A stretch of DNA of 64,000 bases from positions 4,144 to 68,143 of the forward strand of contig MWCI01000010.1 in the NCBI GenBank assembly GCA_002069965.1, written 5' to 3'. Below the pieces are notes generated by a model that was not told the DNA's origin, made no database searches, and was given only the letters and a program-made list of their open reading frames with translations. Positions 19,305 through 28,207 of the stretch are shown piece by piece. This DNA is from Spirochaetes bacterium ADurb.Bin218 (GTDB taxonomy: Bacteria > Spirochaetota > UBA4802 > UBA5550). A program made the translations under genes and the position numbers. Each line of letters opens with the position of its first letter. The first letter of the stretch is position 1.

Positions 19305-19433
19305 AGTACTTATTACTTAACTTCTTTTTAAATAAAAATACTCTGTTATCTCTGAATCCTTCGGCTTTGGAGATAACATTTTCTTGATTTTACACTAAAA
19401 ATTATATTTAGGAATAATTACTGAAAAGTAATG
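19305..19433. other. Copy A of a two-copy conserved intergenic module with a central hairpin (stem 19344-19352 / 19370-19378)
   Basis: The flanks align at roughly 85-90 percent with 58710-58835. The hairpin tgttatctc...gagataaca is flanked by T-runs on both strands. On the minus strand a conserved TATAAT lies about 30 nt before the hairpin. Confidence 0.7.
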
Positions 19434-19594
19434 CTAAAACTGCTCAAAAGCAGACAGTAGAAAAATCTAATAAAAAAATTAAAATTTATTCACAAGAAAA
19501 AAAATATTCCGATAATTAAAACAGCAATAAAAATATAGGTTAGCTAATACACAGCTGACATGGTGATTATTAATTAGTTTTGCAAGAGGTTTTT

Positions 19595-20455
19595 ATGAAT
19601 ATTAATTCAGTCCCTACAGAAGCAATATCAATTTACAATAAAGCTTTGGAAAATACCAGCAAGGGAGATCTTTCAACTGCAATGGCTGAATACCAGAAAG
19701 CCATTAAGATGTATCCATACTTTATAGAGGCCTATAACAACCTTGGAGAACTCTATTCTCTCATGGGCGATAATGCAATGGCCATATCAACATACAATAG
19801 AGCCCTTGATATAACAAGAAATCACAAAATACTTCTGAATTTAGGAGTTGTATATTACAATTCTGGCAACTATAGTGACGCCCTTAAATACTTTCTTGAA
19901 TCCTTAAAAGAAAGATCAGACTTCCATGAAGGTAACTACTACACTGGCCTTACTTACTATAACTTGAAAGATTATAAAAATGCAGAGAGGTTTCTCCTTG
20001 CTGTTTTAAATAAAGATAAAATGCACCTTAAAGCAAGTTATATGCTCTCCCATATTTACTATGAATGGAAGAGATATAGTGATGTCATCGAAATTCTTAA
20101 AAACATATGGAGCATTGCAGACAACAAGGAGTTTATAAATAAATATTATGGATTTTGCTGTTTCCATCTTGGAAGATATGAGGAGGCTGTTAAATACCTC
20201 AGGCAGGCTATAACTCTGCATCCAGAATATGAGAAGTTTAAAAACTATTTAGAAAGCCTCACCTACGAAAACAAAATCAAAGAGGTAGGTGACATTGACA
20301 AAGCTATTACAGAACTGGAATCTCTAATGATGAAAGGAAACCTCAATCTCAGAGATGTCACAAGACTCAGCATGCTTTATATATTTAAAGGTGAAAACAA
20401 AAAGGCTGAGAAAATAGTCACAGAGTATAAAGAAAAATTTGTAAAAGTCCAATAA
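19595..20455 (+). CDS. TPR-repeat protein
   Basis: Repeated 34-aa TPR pattern (AMAEYQKAIKMYPYFIEAYNNLG, AISTYNRALDI, ALKYFLESLK...). I preferred ATG at 19595 with an AAGAGG RBS over the TTG at 19580. Confidence 0.85.
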   Translation: MNINSVPTEAISIYNKALENTSKGDLSTAMAEYQKAIKMYPYFIEAYNNLGELYSLMGDNAMAISTYNRALDITRNHKILLNLGVVYYNSGNYSDALKYFLESLKERSDFHEGNYYTGLTYYNLKDYKNAERFLLAVLNKDKMHLKASYMLSHIYYEWKRYSDVIEILKNIWSIADNKEFINKYYGFCCFHLGRYEEAVKYLRQAITLHPEYEKFKNYLESLTYENKIKEVGDIDKAITELESLMMKGNLNLRDVTRLSMLYIFKGENKKAEKIVTEYKEKFVKVQ

Positions 20456-20507
20456 AAATATATCACTCCTTTTAAATAATTATCCGTAGAAAACTTTTAT
20501 AAAAAAT

Positions 20508-20545
20508 CCCTCTCGCTACCAAAAGAGGCGAGAGGGTATATAATT
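20508..20545 (+). terminator. Rho-independent terminator after the TPR gene
   Basis: ccctctcgc (20508-20516) pairs with gcgagaggg (20528-20536) across an 11-nt loop. An A/T-rich tail follows. Confidence 0.5.
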
Positions 20546-20588
20546 TATTGCTTTAAAAGTATTTTTAGGAGTTATTGCCGAAAAATTA

Positions 20589-20617
20589 TTGACTTTAAAA
20601 AATAAGACTCAATAATC
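20589..20617 (+). promoter_or_regulatory. Candidate promoter for the 99-aa gene
   Basis: TTGACT (20589-20594), 17-nt spacer, ATAATC (20612-20617). An AGGTG RBS precedes the ATG at 20643. Confidence 0.4.
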
Positions 20618-20642
20618 CTCTTGAATTTAAGCAGGTGAATAT

Positions 20643-20942
20643 ATGGCAGGTGACGATTCCTATCAAAAATCCATAGCACTGATGTGCCGTGATTTTCTTA
20701 TGCAGGTTGAAAATATTCCTGAGCTTTTTCAGGAAAATGATCTCTTAGACAGAATCACCTCTGTTATCATTGAAGAAGGAGATGAAGATTTATTCCATAT
20801 AAGGAATCTGGAGGCTCATCTCTTTAAATATACGAACAAACTCCTTGCCCTTTACTCACGGCAGCCCTTTAACACAAGGTTAGACTCTCTCTACAGAAGA
20901 GCAGAAAGCCTCAGAGAAATGTGTCACAACCTGCTAAGCTAA
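20643..20942 (+). CDS. Hypothetical small acidic helical protein (99 aa)
   Basis: Good RBS and promoter. No family recognised. Confidence 0.55.
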   Translation: MAGDDSYQKSIALMCRDFLMQVENIPELFQENDLLDRITSVIIEEGDEDLFHIRNLEAHLFKYTNKLLALYSRQPFNTRLDSLYRRAESLREMCHNLLS

Positions 20943-20946
20943 GCCA

Positions 20947-21312
20947 CTAAGAACAAATCCTGAAACTTCCCTTTTCTATAAAGAGCGTTAATTCATTTAC
21001 AAATCCTGCACTTCTTAAGGCATCAGCCAGATTTATTGAATCCTCTTCAAGAATTATCTGATTTGACTTATCAGTATAATTTCCATCCCATTCTTCAGAG
21101 TAAGTTATAATCATAAAAGCTGTATAAAGGCGAAGCTCTGGATAATCCTCTGATATAAATTCAAGTTGATCATCAATCTCGTATGGTATATCATAAAAAG
21201 TTCCATGGGGCTTCCAGCCAACACTTTTTGCAATTGATAAAGCCTCAAGCCACAAATCCTCATCACAATAGAAATATTCCCCATTTTCAACATTCAAAAA
21301 ATGATAGCTCAT
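20947..21312 (-). CDS. Hypothetical small acidic protein (121 aa), co-directional with pcnB
   Basis: GAGGAAG RBS, 32 nt downstream of the pcnB stop. No family recognised. Confidence 0.6.
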   Translation of the reverse strand: MSYHFLNVENGEYFYCDEDLWLEALSIAKSVGWKPHGTFYDIPYEIDDQLEFISEDYPELRLYTAFMIITYSEEWDGNYTDKSNQIILEEDSINLADALRSAGFVNELTLFIEKGSFRICS

Positions 21313-21344
21313 AAAGCTTCCTCATTTATTTTTATTTTAAAAGC

Positions 21345-22658
21345 TCATTGAACATCCCCTGTTTTAGGAGAAGTTAATTTTCCCTTGGTCTTTTTCTTCT
21401 TATTGACTGTTCTTTTCCCCCTGGTTGAGGGATATGAGATTTTACTATCATGAGAGTCCTTCGCTTTTTGCCAATAAAAAGCCCCTTGAGAAAAGTTTGC
21501 ATCAACCTTTGCAAGAAGACTATAAAATTTTAAAGCCTCTGCAAAATGTTCATTGGCTGTAAATCTCCTTTCAAAGGAAGGGGTATATTTTTTGTTCAGA
21601 TTATCCAGGAAATAAATCCTGCGAGAAAGGATATTACAAATCCTGTCACAATCCTTTTTGGGTATTCTCATTCTTGTTGCTATAGGAGCAAAAATATCTC
21701 TGGCTGCGAGAAAAACATCATGAGGATTTTTTATATCCCTTGATATTCCATTATCAAAGACATCATAAAACAATATTGTAAGCAAAAGCGCATTGGAAAA
21801 ATCCACATCATCTAACCTTGCAGTATCAAGCTGTGTAAGCCTCTGCAGGAGCATAGATTTTTTGTTAAGGGGCAATATCTCCGGGATCCAATGACTCAAC
21901 ACTCCAAATTCATCAAGGTATTCAAAACTTCTGGCAGAGGCACCACACTTCAATATTTTAAAAAGCTCATCAAGAAGTCTATTGGCATTGGATTGGACAA
22001 TAAGGTGAGCTTTATCCTTTGCAGCCCTGTAATCGCTTCCAGAAATTTTAAAATTAAAACGAGCACAAAATCTTGCAGCCCTTATTATTCTGACAGGATC
22101 CTCCTCGAATCTAACTGAGGGATCTCCAATGGTGCGAAGCACCCGTTTTTTTATATCCTTAAAACCACCTGTATAATCTATGATGGAAGAATCGGAAAGA
22201 TTATAATAAAGGGAATTTGCGGTAAAATCTCTCCTAAGCACATCCTCTTCTATTGTCCCGTAAATATTGTTATTTTGAATAACTCTACCATCTGGGAGTT
22301 TGATCTCAGAAGAGGCTGCGCGAAATGTTGCCACCTCAACAAATCTATCATGGGAAATATATACATGGGCAAGTCTAAATCTCTTACCTATTAAAAAACA
22401 TCTTGAAAAAAGCCTTTTAATTTGCCTTGGGTGAGCGCCTGTAACTATATCAAAATCCTTTGGCTTCATGCCAAGTAGTATATCCCTGATACAACCTCCA
22501 ACAAGATATGCCTCATATCCATTTTTCTTAAGCCTGTTGAGAATATCAATTACCCCTTTTTCGATAAATTTTCGTTCAAAAGTATGCTTACCTGAAGGAA
22601 TTACAACAGGCTTTTTAATAGACGTTTTATTTTTAAAAGAACTGGGTAAAAATTTCAT
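21345..22658 (-). CDS. pcnB: Poly(A) polymerase I / tRNA nucleotidyltransferase family (PcnB-like)
   Basis: LVGGCIRDILLGMKPKDFDIVT nucleotidyltransferase motif and RRDFTANSLYY. Lys-rich basic C-terminal tail. Confidence 0.85.
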   Translation of the reverse strand: MKFLPSSFKNKTSIKKPVVIPSGKHTFERKFIEKGVIDILNRLKKNGYEAYLVGGCIRDILLGMKPKDFDIVTGAHPRQIKRLFSRCFLIGKRFRLAHVYISHDRFVEVATFRAASSEIKLPDGRVIQNNNIYGTIEEDVLRRDFTANSLYYNLSDSSIIDYTGGFKDIKKRVLRTIGDPSVRFEEDPVRIIRAARFCARFNFKISGSDYRAAKDKAHLIVQSNANRLLDELFKILKCGASARSFEYLDEFGVLSHWIPEILPLNKKSMLLQRLTQLDTARLDDVDFSNALLLTILFYDVFDNGISRDIKNPHDVFLAARDIFAPIATRMRIPKKDCDRICNILSRRIYFLDNLNKKYTPSFERRFTANEHFAEALKFYSLLAKVDANFSQGAFYWQKAKDSHDSKISYPSTRGKRTVNKKKKTKGKLTSPKTGDVQ

Positions 22659-22855
22659 TAAAAGCCCACTTTTATATCAAATTTTTCTAAAGCCCTTAAG
22701 GCTCTCAAATAGAATGAAAGTTTTTTTACAAATATGGAATATAGACCATAAGCTCTCTTTTGTCAATATTTAAGAAATAAAGTTAATAAAATAATTTGAT
22801 TTGACATGGGGAATTATATTTTTTTGACTACCTCTGTTACTTTTAGTGAGGTTAT

Positions 22856-24796
22856 ATGCTTGTCAAAAAATCTCTTTATTTTTGTTTATTTTTTCTGCTG
22901 GCTTTTTCATTTTCAGGATGCTCCACTAATAATTCGAATCTCAAATTTATTGCCTTTCTCCACGATGATGGCATAAAAGGATACAGTAGCCAATGGTTTG
23001 ACCTTTCCGACGGCCTACCGAGGGATTTAATCCCAGAGCATATAACAGAAGATTTTCAGGGAAATGTCTATCTTACATCGGAATTTTCCGGAATATTCAG
23101 ACTAAACAAAGGGGAAACTAAATGGGAAAACATCTCATCCCCAATTTTTAAAAGAAGAACTCAGCTACCTGATGTCCATGAATTCCGAGACATATCAGCC
23201 CTTTGCATAGACCCAGAAAATCAAAGCAGAATTGTAATTGCCACAAAACACACTCTTTATGAATCAAAAGACAGAGGCAAATCATGGCAAAGGATCAATG
23301 TTGTTGACAATAAGAACTCTTACTATTTTACATCCCTGGCTCTTGAAAAGGATACAATATATGCGGGAACCTCTTTTAATGGCATTTTAAAAATAACTTC
23401 AAAAGCCACAGAAGAAATAAATAATGGAATACCTAAGGAATTCTATGTGGGCCCATTCCATTTTTGCGAAGAGGTCTCTGCCCTTGCAATAATTGACAAT
23501 ACTCTATATGCAGGCTTTTTATTCGGCAAAGGTTTATATAAATCAGAGGATCGCAAAAATTGGCAAAAAATTGACATCCCATTTTCAGATACTGCCAGAG
23601 CCTCAATAAGCGCCATCTACAAATCCAAAAACTCTATACTCATAACAACCAGTGAAGGGGTATTTGAATTTAATCCATCGTCAGGCAGAGTTGAAAAGTT
23701 CCCTCTCAAAAAAGAGCTGCAAGAAATGTTAAGGGATGACAGGGTCAACATTATATTTTCAAAAGCAGAGGGTGAAAACCCTGCACTTTTTATAAAGAAA
23801 AATACATGGAAATACAGTGCAGAAAAAACAAGCCCCGCTGGCAATAAGCGTGCTTTATATGTAAGCTGGGGCATGATAGACAAAGATTTTGAGGGATTTT
23901 TATCAATAGTGGAAAGAACAGGATTTAATGCAGTGGTCATTGACTCAAAGGACGACCAGGGCATGATAAATTTCAAAGTGGATTCAAAAATTGCCTCTGA
24001 GATAAAAGCTATAAAAGAACGTGATATAACATCAATAATAGAAAGGCTTCACAAAAAGGGAATTTATATAATAGCCCGTCACGTAACATTCAAAGACAAA
24101 CGCCTCTATGAGGCCTATGGCAATAAATATGCTATATGGGATAAAGTAACAAATAAGCCATGGGTTGGACTTCCACGGGAGCGGTGGTGTGACCCTTTCT
24201 CTCAATTTGTGCGCGACTATAACATAGAAATAGCAAAGGCGACTGCTAAACTTGGTTTTGATGAGATTCAATTTGATTACATTAGAACTCCAACTGACGG
24301 ACTTGTAGGCAGATGTCTTTATCGCTATAAAACGGAAAGCGACACATTTAAATCAGAAATCCTTGGGGACTTTATACAACAGGCGGCAAGGGAATGTAAA
24401 ATTCCCATATCACTGGATATTTATGGATTCAATGCCTGGTATAAATTTGGCAATATAATGGGTCAGGATATAAAATTCCTCTCTCGATTTGCAAGCGCCA
24501 TATACCCAATGGTTTATCCATCTCACTTTGGAGCTTCTTTTTATAAAAGATATAGTGAGGAAGATCGACCTTATTACATAGTAAGGGATAGCGCCATAAG
24601 AGCAATCTATCATTCAAAGGGCAGAACAGTCATCAGGCTCTGGATCCAGGGATGGGATTATCTCTCTCCAACATGGGGGCCAGATTATATCCTTAAACAA
24701 ATAAAAGGAGTTCACGATGGTGGTGGCATATCTTATTCTTTCTGGAGCCCATCGGGTGATCACTCCATGGTAGACAGAGCCTTAAGCAACAGATGA
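22856..24796 (+). CDS. Lipoprotein: N-terminal BNR/Asp-box beta-propeller-like region + C-terminal DUF4015 (glycoside-hydrolase-like TIM barrel)
   Basis: Lipobox FSFSGC. Asp-box-like SKDRGKSWQRI and SEDRKNWQKI. C-terminal half carries NAVVIDSKDDQG ... GFDEIQFDYIRTP, the hallmark of the putative glycosyl hydrolase domain DUF4015. Confidence 0.85.
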   Translation: MLVKKSLYFCLFFLLAFSFSGCSTNNSNLKFIAFLHDDGIKGYSSQWFDLSDGLPRDLIPEHITEDFQGNVYLTSEFSGIFRLNKGETKWENISSPIFKRRTQLPDVHEFRDISALCIDPENQSRIVIATKHTLYESKDRGKSWQRINVVDNKNSYYFTSLALEKDTIYAGTSFNGILKITSKATEEINNGIPKEFYVGPFHFCEEVSALAIIDNTLYAGFLFGKGLYKSEDRKNWQKIDIPFSDTARASISAIYKSKNSILITTSEGVFEFNPSSGRVEKFPLKKELQEMLRDDRVNIIFSKAEGENPALFIKKNTWKYSAEKTSPAGNKRALYVSWGMIDKDFEGFLSIVERTGFNAVVIDSKDDQGMINFKVDSKIASEIKAIKERDITSIIERLHKKGIYIIARHVTFKDKRLYEAYGNKYAIWDKVTNKPWVGLPRERWCDPFSQFVRDYNIEIAKATAKLGFDEIQFDYIRTPTDGLVGRCLYRYKTESDTFKSEILGDFIQQAARECKIPISLDIYGFNAWYKFGNIMGQDIKFLSRFASAIYPMVYPSHFGASFYKRYSEEDRPYYIVRDSAIRAIYHSKGRTVIRLWIQGWDYLSPTWGPDYILKQIKGVHDGGGISYSFWSPSGDHSMVDRALSNR

Positions 24797-26649
24797 TGAT
24801 GGACATAGGATATATGAAAGGTAAAGAGATAATAAAAAGACTAAACCTTACCATCTTACTTTTTGCTATTCAAGGAATATACTTTATTTTATTTTTTTAT
24901 AAAAATATTTCAGGATTTTCATTTAGCCTAAAAGATCTAATCTCTGCGTTATTTAGCTTTATTACACTACTTGCCATATCCTCTATTGTTGAAATAATTA
25001 TCATAGAGCAAATATTGGCCCTGGTAATAATTCCCCTGCTAATCATTGCAACTGTTGCTCTCTATTCCTATAGGCTCCATACAGGATACTCTGTGGACTT
25101 TTCACTGATAAAGGACAATATAGGAATTAGCTTTTCTCCTGAGGCATTCTCTACAATAAGCTCTCCATTTAGTGCAGCAGATTTTATCTTAGCGATAATA
25201 TTTGTTCTTGTGGCCTTACTGCTTGAGCTAAGATTCAAAGTCTTTAGCGCTAAAATAACTAAAAGCTACAAAAAAATAATTGCAGCAATTGTAGTTTTAG
25301 TTATAGCTTTTGCTATACCCTTTGACAGTGGCGATGAATTCACTCTCCTTATAAAAAGCATATTTAAAAATCAAAATAACCTCTATGCCTCTGTTCACAC
25401 AAACAAGGAATTCCCTTACGAAAAACAATCTGTGGCACAAACAAGCTTTTCTCAAAATATTCCTTCTCTGAAAAAAAGACCTAATATAATCCTCATACTT
25501 ATTGAATCCTTTAATGCAAATTTCACTGAGAAAAAAGCACCAGATGGAATTGATTATACTCCTTTTTTTAATTCTCTCATAAACAAAGGCTTGTATATTG
25601 AGAGGTTTTACGGCAACTCAATTCAGACCTGCAAGGGACAGGCTGCTGTTTTCTTTTCAATTCTACCAAGTTTTAATGGAAAGATCTTTGTTGATTACAG
25701 CGATCTTAACATAAAAGGATTCCCTTCCCTCCTTGCAGAAAATGGATATGAGACTATCTTCTTTCAGGCCTATCATAATTTAAAATTTGATAACACAGAG
25801 CACAATATGCGCAAGGCAGGATTTAACATTGTAAAAACTTTTGCAGAATTCAAAAGAAAAGAAGACAGACCCTATATATGGGGCTGGGGTGTTGAGGATA
25901 GAGTTTTTTATGAAAGATTTTTTGAATTCCTGGACAGTTATATCAAAAAAAATCCAGGTAAACCATTCTTTGCAGCACTTCCTACAGTAGGAACTCATAT
26001 ACCATGTGATGGATTGCCTATGGAACGCAGGGAGATATATAAAAATCCAGAAAACATAAAAGAAAAATACTCCAATGCCCTGAGACTATCTGACAGGCAC
26101 CTTGAGGTATTTTTTAAACTCCTTAAAGAAAGAGCCTATCTTGACAACACGGTTATAATAATAACTTCCGATCATTCATTTCCAATGAAAGAGCATGGCA
26201 TTTATAATAACGAGGTATGCTTTTATGATGAGGCCTTTAGAATCCCCCTGTTGATCCTCTGGGAAGGAGTGATCTCACCTAAAAGAATAAGAGGCAGAGT
26301 CTGTAGCCAGGTTGACATAGGACCTACTATTGCAGACATTGCAGGAGTCACTGGCAAGCATAATATGATTGGCATATCTATCTTTGACTCAAAAACTCCA
26401 GCTATAGTTTATTTAATCCAGCCATACAATGGCAAATTTCTTCAAACAGTGGACTATCCATATAAGTATATAAAGCATCTTAAAACTGGAAAGGAGTATC
26501 TTTTTAATCTTGAAAAAGATCCATTGGAAACCTCAAATCTTATAAATGCAAATGAATACTCAGCTATTAAAGAAAAGCTTCAAGGTTCACTTGAAGCAAT
26601 ATATACAAATCAAAAATTGATTGAAGAAAATAAGATTATAAGCAAATAA
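24793..26649 (+). CDS. LTA-synthase/sulfatase-family membrane enzyme (LtaS/MdoB-like phosphoglycerol transferase family)
   Basis: N-terminal polytopic region plus an extracytoplasmic sulfatase-fold domain (NIILILIESF ... ITSDHSFP). Its start overlaps the upstream stop (ATGA). Confidence 0.85.
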   Translation: MMMDIGYMKGKEIIKRLNLTILLFAIQGIYFILFFYKNISGFSFSLKDLISALFSFITLLAISSIVEIIIIEQILALVIIPLLIIATVALYSYRLHTGYSVDFSLIKDNIGISFSPEAFSTISSPFSAADFILAIIFVLVALLLELRFKVFSAKITKSYKKIIAAIVVLVIAFAIPFDSGDEFTLLIKSIFKNQNNLYASVHTNKEFPYEKQSVAQTSFSQNIPSLKKRPNIILILIESFNANFTEKKAPDGIDYTPFFNSLINKGLYIERFYGNSIQTCKGQAAVFFSILPSFNGKIFVDYSDLNIKGFPSLLAENGYETIFFQAYHNLKFDNTEHNMRKAGFNIVKTFAEFKRKEDRPYIWGWGVEDRVFYERFFEFLDSYIKKNPGKPFFAALPTVGTHIPCDGLPMERREIYKNPENIKEKYSNALRLSDRHLEVFFKLLKERAYLDNTVIIITSDHSFPMKEHGIYNNEVCFYDEAFRIPLLILWEGVISPKRIRGRVCSQVDIGPTIADIAGVTGKHNMIGISIFDSKTPAIVYLIQPYNGKFLQTVDYPYKYIKHLKTGKEYLFNLEKDPLETSNLINANEYSAIKEKLQGSLEAIYTNQKLIEENKIISK

Positions 26650-26654
26650 ATTAA

Positions 26655-27119
26655 TCACTTGCCTTTATGAAACTTTTCTGGAACAATCTCAACACATCCA
26701 TCACATGCGTTATTTAAGGCCTCTATGTATTTATAAAATTCTTCACAGGAAACCTCACTTCCTTTGAGATAAAATTTTGCCTTACAGGTATCACACTCTG
26801 GAGGAATATATTTGGCAAAAGAGGCATTTTTCTTCTCATTATTGAGTATCTCTGGATAATCGCTCAAATCCCCAAGACCTTGCTTTTTTAAAAAGGCAAC
26901 CCGTCTGTCTGTTTCATCAAGCACGCTTTGAATATTTCTGCTGTCAAAATAATACCTTGGTTCATAGCCATCTATACAATTGCCAGAACACTTTGATTTT
27001 ATATCAGTATCACATTGTTGCAATGGCGCGTGTGCAACTGTTTTTGTCTTGCAGCCAAAATAAAAATTAATCAACAGAGGTATTGAGAAAATGATCGCAA
27101 ATAGCTTTCTCAGATTCAT
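26655..27119 (-). CDS. Hypothetical Cys-rich lipoprotein (154 aa)
   Basis: Lipobox-like FYFGC, 11 further cysteines, AGGGAG RBS. No family recognised. Confidence 0.6.
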   Translation of the reverse strand: MNLRKLFAIIFSIPLLINFYFGCKTKTVAHAPLQQCDTDIKSKCSGNCIDGYEPRYYFDSRNIQSVLDETDRRVAFLKKQGLGDLSDYPEILNNEKKNASFAKYIPPECDTCKAKFYLKGSEVSCEEFYKYIEALNNACDGCVEIVPEKFHKGK

Positions 27120-27280
27120 AGAGGACTCCCTTGAAATATATTTATCAAAAAATAAAAGATAATAGACTATTTTACTACCATATACCCTTTTATTATATTG
27201 ACTTATTTATGTACTGTCATTAATTTTTTTATAACTATAATAAAAATTTTAATCATACAATGAAAAGTGTTACTATACTC

Positions 27281-28207
27281 TCAAACCCCAAGCCTCCTTG
27301 CATGAGTGACAAAGACATCCTCTAAGGTTGGAGCAATCTTCTCTATGCGGAAATTTGTTATTCCCTGATTTTTTAAAAAGAATGATAACTCCTTTTTAAG
27401 ATTAAAGCCCCTGCTACAGAGAAGATGTATGTCACTGCCAAATATTGCAGCCTCATCAATAAAGGATTGCTGACTAACACGCTCAAATACCTTAATAAAA
27501 TCAGGAACATGAAGAGTATAAACATCATGATGCAAATCATCTTTAAGCTTTTGCGGCAAATCGCATGCTATTATCTTTCCTGCAATGATGAGAGCAATTC
27601 GATCACAGTGCTCAGCCTCATCTAAATAATGAGTTGTAACAAAAATGGTTCTGCCATTGGCAGAAAAATCATAGATTAAATCCCAGAAATTTCTCCTCAT
27701 AACAGGATCAACCCCACTTGTAGGCTCATCAAGAAATAAAATCTCCGGGTCGTGAATAATTGCACTACCAAGAGCAAGTCTCTGTTTAATCCCACCTGGC
27801 AAAAAATCTACTCTATCATTTTTTCTGCCAAAAAGCTGAGTCAATTCCAAAACATAGTCAATTCTCTCTCTAAGGCTATTACCCTCAAGACCATAAATAC
27901 TGCCAAAAAATTCAAGATTTTCAATAACAGTCATGTCACCATAAAGAGAAAACTTTTGCGACATATAACCTATGGAGCTTTTTATTTTATTCTGTTCATT
28001 GACAATATCATATCCTGCAACCATACCACTTCCACTGCTTGGCGACAATATTCCACAAAGCATTCTTATTGTTGTGCTTTTGCCTGCGCCATTGGGTCCA
28101 AGAAAACCAAAAATTTCTCCCTTTTTCACAGAGAAAGTGATATTATCCACTGCAACAAAATCACCAAATTCTTTTGTAAGATTTACCACCTCTACCGAGA
28201 AATCCAT
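27281..28207 (-). CDS. ABC transporter ATP-binding protein (ABC-2 exporter, second ATPase)
   Basis: Walker A GPNGAGKST, signature-like GGIKQRLAL, Walker B ILFLDEPTSGVD. ATG at 28207 overlaps the upstream TGA. AGGAGG RBS. Confidence 0.9.
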   Translation of the reverse strand: MDFSVEVVNLTKEFGDFVAVDNITFSVKKGEIFGFLGPNGAGKSTTIRMLCGILSPSSGSGMVAGYDIVNEQNKIKSSIGYMSQKFSLYGDMTVIENLEFFGSIYGLEGNSLRERIDYVLELTQLFGRKNDRVDFLPGGIKQRLALGSAIIHDPEILFLDEPTSGVDPVMRRNFWDLIYDFSANGRTIFVTTHYLDEAEHCDRIALIIAGKIIACDLPQKLKDDLHHDVYTLHVPDFIKVFERVSQQSFIDEAAIFGSDIHLLCSRGFNLKKELSFFLKNQGITNFRIEKIAPTLEDVFVTHARRLGV

